Assembly (NCBI GenBank): GCA_016931135.1 | Contig: JAFGFK010000356.1 | Location: 1-52,379, forward strand | Reading direction: 5' to 3' | Length of the DNA stretch: 52,379 nucleotides | DNA from: Candidatus Sumerlaeota bacterium | GTDB lineage: Bacteria > Sumerlaeota > Sumerlaeia > MWCT01 | Shown here: positions 49,924 to 52,379 of the stretch, piece after piece | Numbering within the stretch: the first letter of the stretch is position 1 | How the letters are laid out: each line of letters begins with the position of its first letter | Program-made: the position numbers and the translations under genes | The notes under the pieces: generated by a model | What the model was told of the DNA's origin: nothing | Databases searched by the model: none | Seen by the model: the letters and a program-made list of their open reading frames with translations, nothing else

Positions 49924-50901
49924 ATGAAGCGTCGCGTGAAACGGAATGAAGAGGATCGTATCGGGGAACTTGCCCTGGGGATCGCGCCCGGCGCCGGACC
50001 GGTTCCAATACGTGAATTCCTTTCCTGTCTGATGGAAGAGGGCGTCCCTTTGAGGGAATTCATTTTGCTTTCGCCGGAAAAGCGGCGGCGCATGATCCCG
50101 CAAGCGTCCGGTTTGCATTTTCTCATGGACAGCCTTTCCGGCGCGATCACATCAGCAAAAAAGCTGGCGCAATTTTTTTCTTCAAAAAACATCGGATGGT
50201 TCACTTCTTGTGATGATATCTACCCCATGCGTTTGTTGCGTTTCATGGGAGAATCCGCTCCTTTCGTTTTTTTCTACAGGGGAAGTCTTGAACTTTTGAA
50301 AAAGGATTCCTACCTCGGGATCGTAGGAACAAGGGAGCCGTCTCCATCTGGAATAAAGGCGGCTAACGCTATAGCGGGGGAGATGGCGGAGAAGGGAATC
50401 GTCATAGTCAGCGGCGGGGCAAGGGGCGTTGACTGCGCAGCGCACCAGGGAGCAATGCAAAAAGGCGCAACTATTTTCGTTCTTCCTTATGGAATCTTTC
50501 AATATGGCAGGCTGAAAATCTTTCAGAACGATTTCCATCCGGATAATCACCTGATCCTTTCCGAATTTCATCCGGAGGAACCGGGAAACAGAAGCGCGCC
50601 GATTCTGAGGAATCGCACGGTGGCGGCGTTATCGGATGCGCTCGTGATAGTGGAAACCGGATGGCGGGGCGGCACGCTTCACACCCTGCGAATGGCGCGG
50701 GAGTATGGAAAGCCGTTTCTGGTGGCGGATTACTCGCCTGAAAGGAATCCAAACGGAAACGCCTCGTTGATTTCCACAATCGGGGGAGACCTTCCCGTTT
50801 ATGATAAAATAAAGAGGGAGGGAGCGATTTTCAAGGCTCTGAAAAAGGGCGCGGTTCTTCTTGAAAAAGAACCTGACCGTCAAACCAGTCTTTTCCCCTG
50901 A
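49924..50901 (+). CDS. dprA: DNA processing protein DprA (Smf)
   Basis: GIVGTREPSPSG...VIVSGGARGVDCAAHQGA...RNRTVAALSDALVIVE. Confidence 0.9.
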   Translation: MKRRVKRNEEDRIGELALGIAPGAGPVPIREFLSCLMEEGVPLREFILLSPEKRRRMIPQASGLHFLMDSLSGAITSAKKLAQFFSSKNIGWFTSCDDIYPMRLLRFMGESAPFVFFYRGSLELLKKDSYLGIVGTREPSPSGIKAANAIAGEMAEKGIVIVSGGARGVDCAAHQGAMQKGATIFVLPYGIFQYGRLKIFQNDFHPDNHLILSEFHPEEPGNRSAPILRNRTVAALSDALVIVETGWRGGTLHTLRMAREYGKPFLVADYSPERNPNGNASLISTIGGDLPVYDKIKREGAIFKALKKGAVLLEKEPDRQTSLFP

Positions 50902-50943
50902 GAACTCGCAAGGATTCTTTTTGATAAACGCCTATCTCCCACC

Positions 50944-52344
50944 TTAATTTTTGGCGATAAGCCTCAAGTATAGAGGATAGGATAGATCATTGATCCAAAT
51001 TTCCAGTTTTCCGGTAAGTCGTTTTCCACCGGGTATCGGGCTTGACTGAATCTCCCATTTATTATTGTCCGTTTTCATGATTTTTGTATGATAATCCAGT
51101 TCGTTCTTTTTTATTTTGATAGTTCTTATTTGTTCTTCACCCAAAGGAGTTAAAAAGCAGGATTTGATTTTAAATTTATCATTTTCTGGATTCCAGTACA
51201 AAAATTCCGGCTTTAGTTGGAATACCGATTTCGATTCGCCGGAGAAGATCGCCGTATCGATGAAACCATTTATTTCCTTATCCGTAGCGGCAAGATAATA
51301 TGTAAAGCCTTCGGGTTTATCGGGTAAATTCACGGATAGCGTGATGACGCCGGAGGTAAAAGATGAATCGGGATCATAAAGATAAATATCCTTGATTGAA
51401 ATTGGACCGGTTGTCGTGAAATCGATATCATTCACATCGAAACCTTCATTCATGAAGGAAATCTCCTTATACATTTGTGCGCCGCAGAATCCATTCAGAA
51501 AACCCACAAAACGATCGATAAAGCGGAATTTGCGGATATGGAATGAAGTAATGGTCAATTCCAGGGGTTCAATATTCTTTTCATTCCAGAATACATAAAC
51601 CGTATTTTCAGAGAAGGAAGTTTCATGGGGAGGGAGAAAAGTCGTTGTGAGTATTTGAGACTTGTTTTTTTCCAGGGAGATTTCCTTTGGGGAGATTTCA
51701 ATGCAATTGCAGGTGGAATCAATGGAAGAAGAGGATAGATACCGGTTCGTTTCGTTGTTAATCCTCCACTGAATTTTAATGGGATCTTTTGATTGAATGT
51801 TCCCCAGGTTGATTTTCACGGAAGAAAAGGGATTGTTTTTACCGGGAAGAATTCTGACTTCAGCTTTGTTATCTGAATAACGATGGGATCCCATATTTAC
51901 AGAGAGGATATTTCCCGTAAAGCGATAACTTGAAAAAGTCCCCCTGTTAATAATGAATGGATACCGTTTCATATCGGATATCAGGAGGTGCGTATCCGTG
52001 GAATCGAGGATAGCGATGAAATGATTTTCGAGGTGGGCGATTGCGGGAAGGAATTTCTTATCGAGTTCCTGAATGGAAACGAGATAACCGGAGGAATCAA
52101 ATCCTTTTTCTTTCAGGATGTTTTTAAGATCCAGAAGAGAAAGAGCGGTTGAAGAAGAGCAATAATCATCAGGAACAAGATCAATCTGATCAGGATAAAT
52201 AGAGATATACTTCAGAATGGAATTAACCGCCGCGATACCGCAATGGGGAGGAGATTTCCTCACTTCAGCCGCAGTTAAAACGAGATTTACGGTAAAAACC
52301 GATAGAAAAATTATAAATCGTAATTTATTCGATCTTCTGCGCAT
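50944..52344 (-). CDS. Secreted or membrane-anchored protein: peptidase C39-like domain followed by DUF1573-like Ig-fold modules
   Basis: N-terminal hydrophobic anchor. HCGIAAVNSILKY...AIAHLENHFIAIL shows the C39-like Cys/His pattern. A later module contains DSTCNCIEISPKEISL (DUF1573-like CxC). Confidence 0.55.
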   Translation of the reverse strand: MRRRSNKLRFIIFLSVFTVNLVLTAAEVRKSPPHCGIAAVNSILKYISIYPDQIDLVPDDYCSSSTALSLLDLKNILKEKGFDSSGYLVSIQELDKKFLPAIAHLENHFIAILDSTDTHLLISDMKRYPFIINRGTFSSYRFTGNILSVNMGSHRYSDNKAEVRILPGKNNPFSSVKINLGNIQSKDPIKIQWRINNETNRYLSSSSIDSTCNCIEISPKEISLEKNKSQILTTTFLPPHETSFSENTVYVFWNEKNIEPLELTITSFHIRKFRFIDRFVGFLNGFCGAQMYKEISFMNEGFDVNDIDFTTTGPISIKDIYLYDPDSSFTSGVITLSVNLPDKPEGFTYYLAATDKEINGFIDTAIFSGESKSVFQLKPEFLYWNPENDKFKIKSCFLTPLGEEQIRTIKIKKNELDYHTKIMKTDNNKWEIQSSPIPGGKRLTGKLEIWINDLSYPLYLRLIAKN

Positions 52345-52379
52345 GTTTTTGTCTGTCTTCGTTGATCTTGTTATCTATC

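Overview
The window looks like ordinary chromosomal DNA from a diderm bacterium. It carries the LPS genes lpxC-fabZ-lpxI and GspG-type pseudopilins with an FTLIELLIVVAIIAILAAIAVPNF N-terminus. Several secreted proteins have Pro/Thr linkers. A PVC/Omnitrophota-like origin is only a guess. I call about 55 protein genes, mostly housekeeping: ndk, recO, era, ybeY, tgt, cdaA-cdaR, pdxJ, ilvB-ilvN-ilvC, pfkA, lpxC-fabZ-lpxI, nadD, trpS, scpA, dprA and mqnA. Also present are a dihydropyrimidinase, an MscS channel, a B12-radical SAM enzyme, an M50 protease and a HAMP-GAF histidine kinase. A few accessory-looking secreted proteins are present: a GHL10-type hydrolase, a clan GH-A-like hydrolase, a beta-propeller, three tandem TRL-like lipoproteins and a C39-like/DUF1573 protein. 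I saw no rRNA, tRNA, CRISPR array, transposase, integrase, reverse transcriptase or recognisable defence or toxin genes. I found no convincing novel multi-gene system. The structure that genes do not explain is in the intergenic DNA. (1) A 208-bp MITE-like insertion with 24-bp terminal inverted repeats and a 7-bp target duplication rewrites the last codons of tgt. (2) The inner palindromic module of that insertion recurs downstream of nadD with identical arms but an unrelated interior. (3) Looser GGGGTCA boxes occur at two more intergenic sites. (4) An inverted pair of CACGAAT heptad clusters lies in the first long intergenic region. (5) A perfect 20-bp palindrome overlaps the promoter of a pseudopilin/beta-propeller bicistron. 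Gene-level oddities are listed as modest-interest hypotheses. They include a shared DW-x-x-Y C-terminus on two secreted proteins, the tandem TRL lipoproteins, an orphan HEAT-protein/kinase pair and a duplicated Arg-rich peptide motif.
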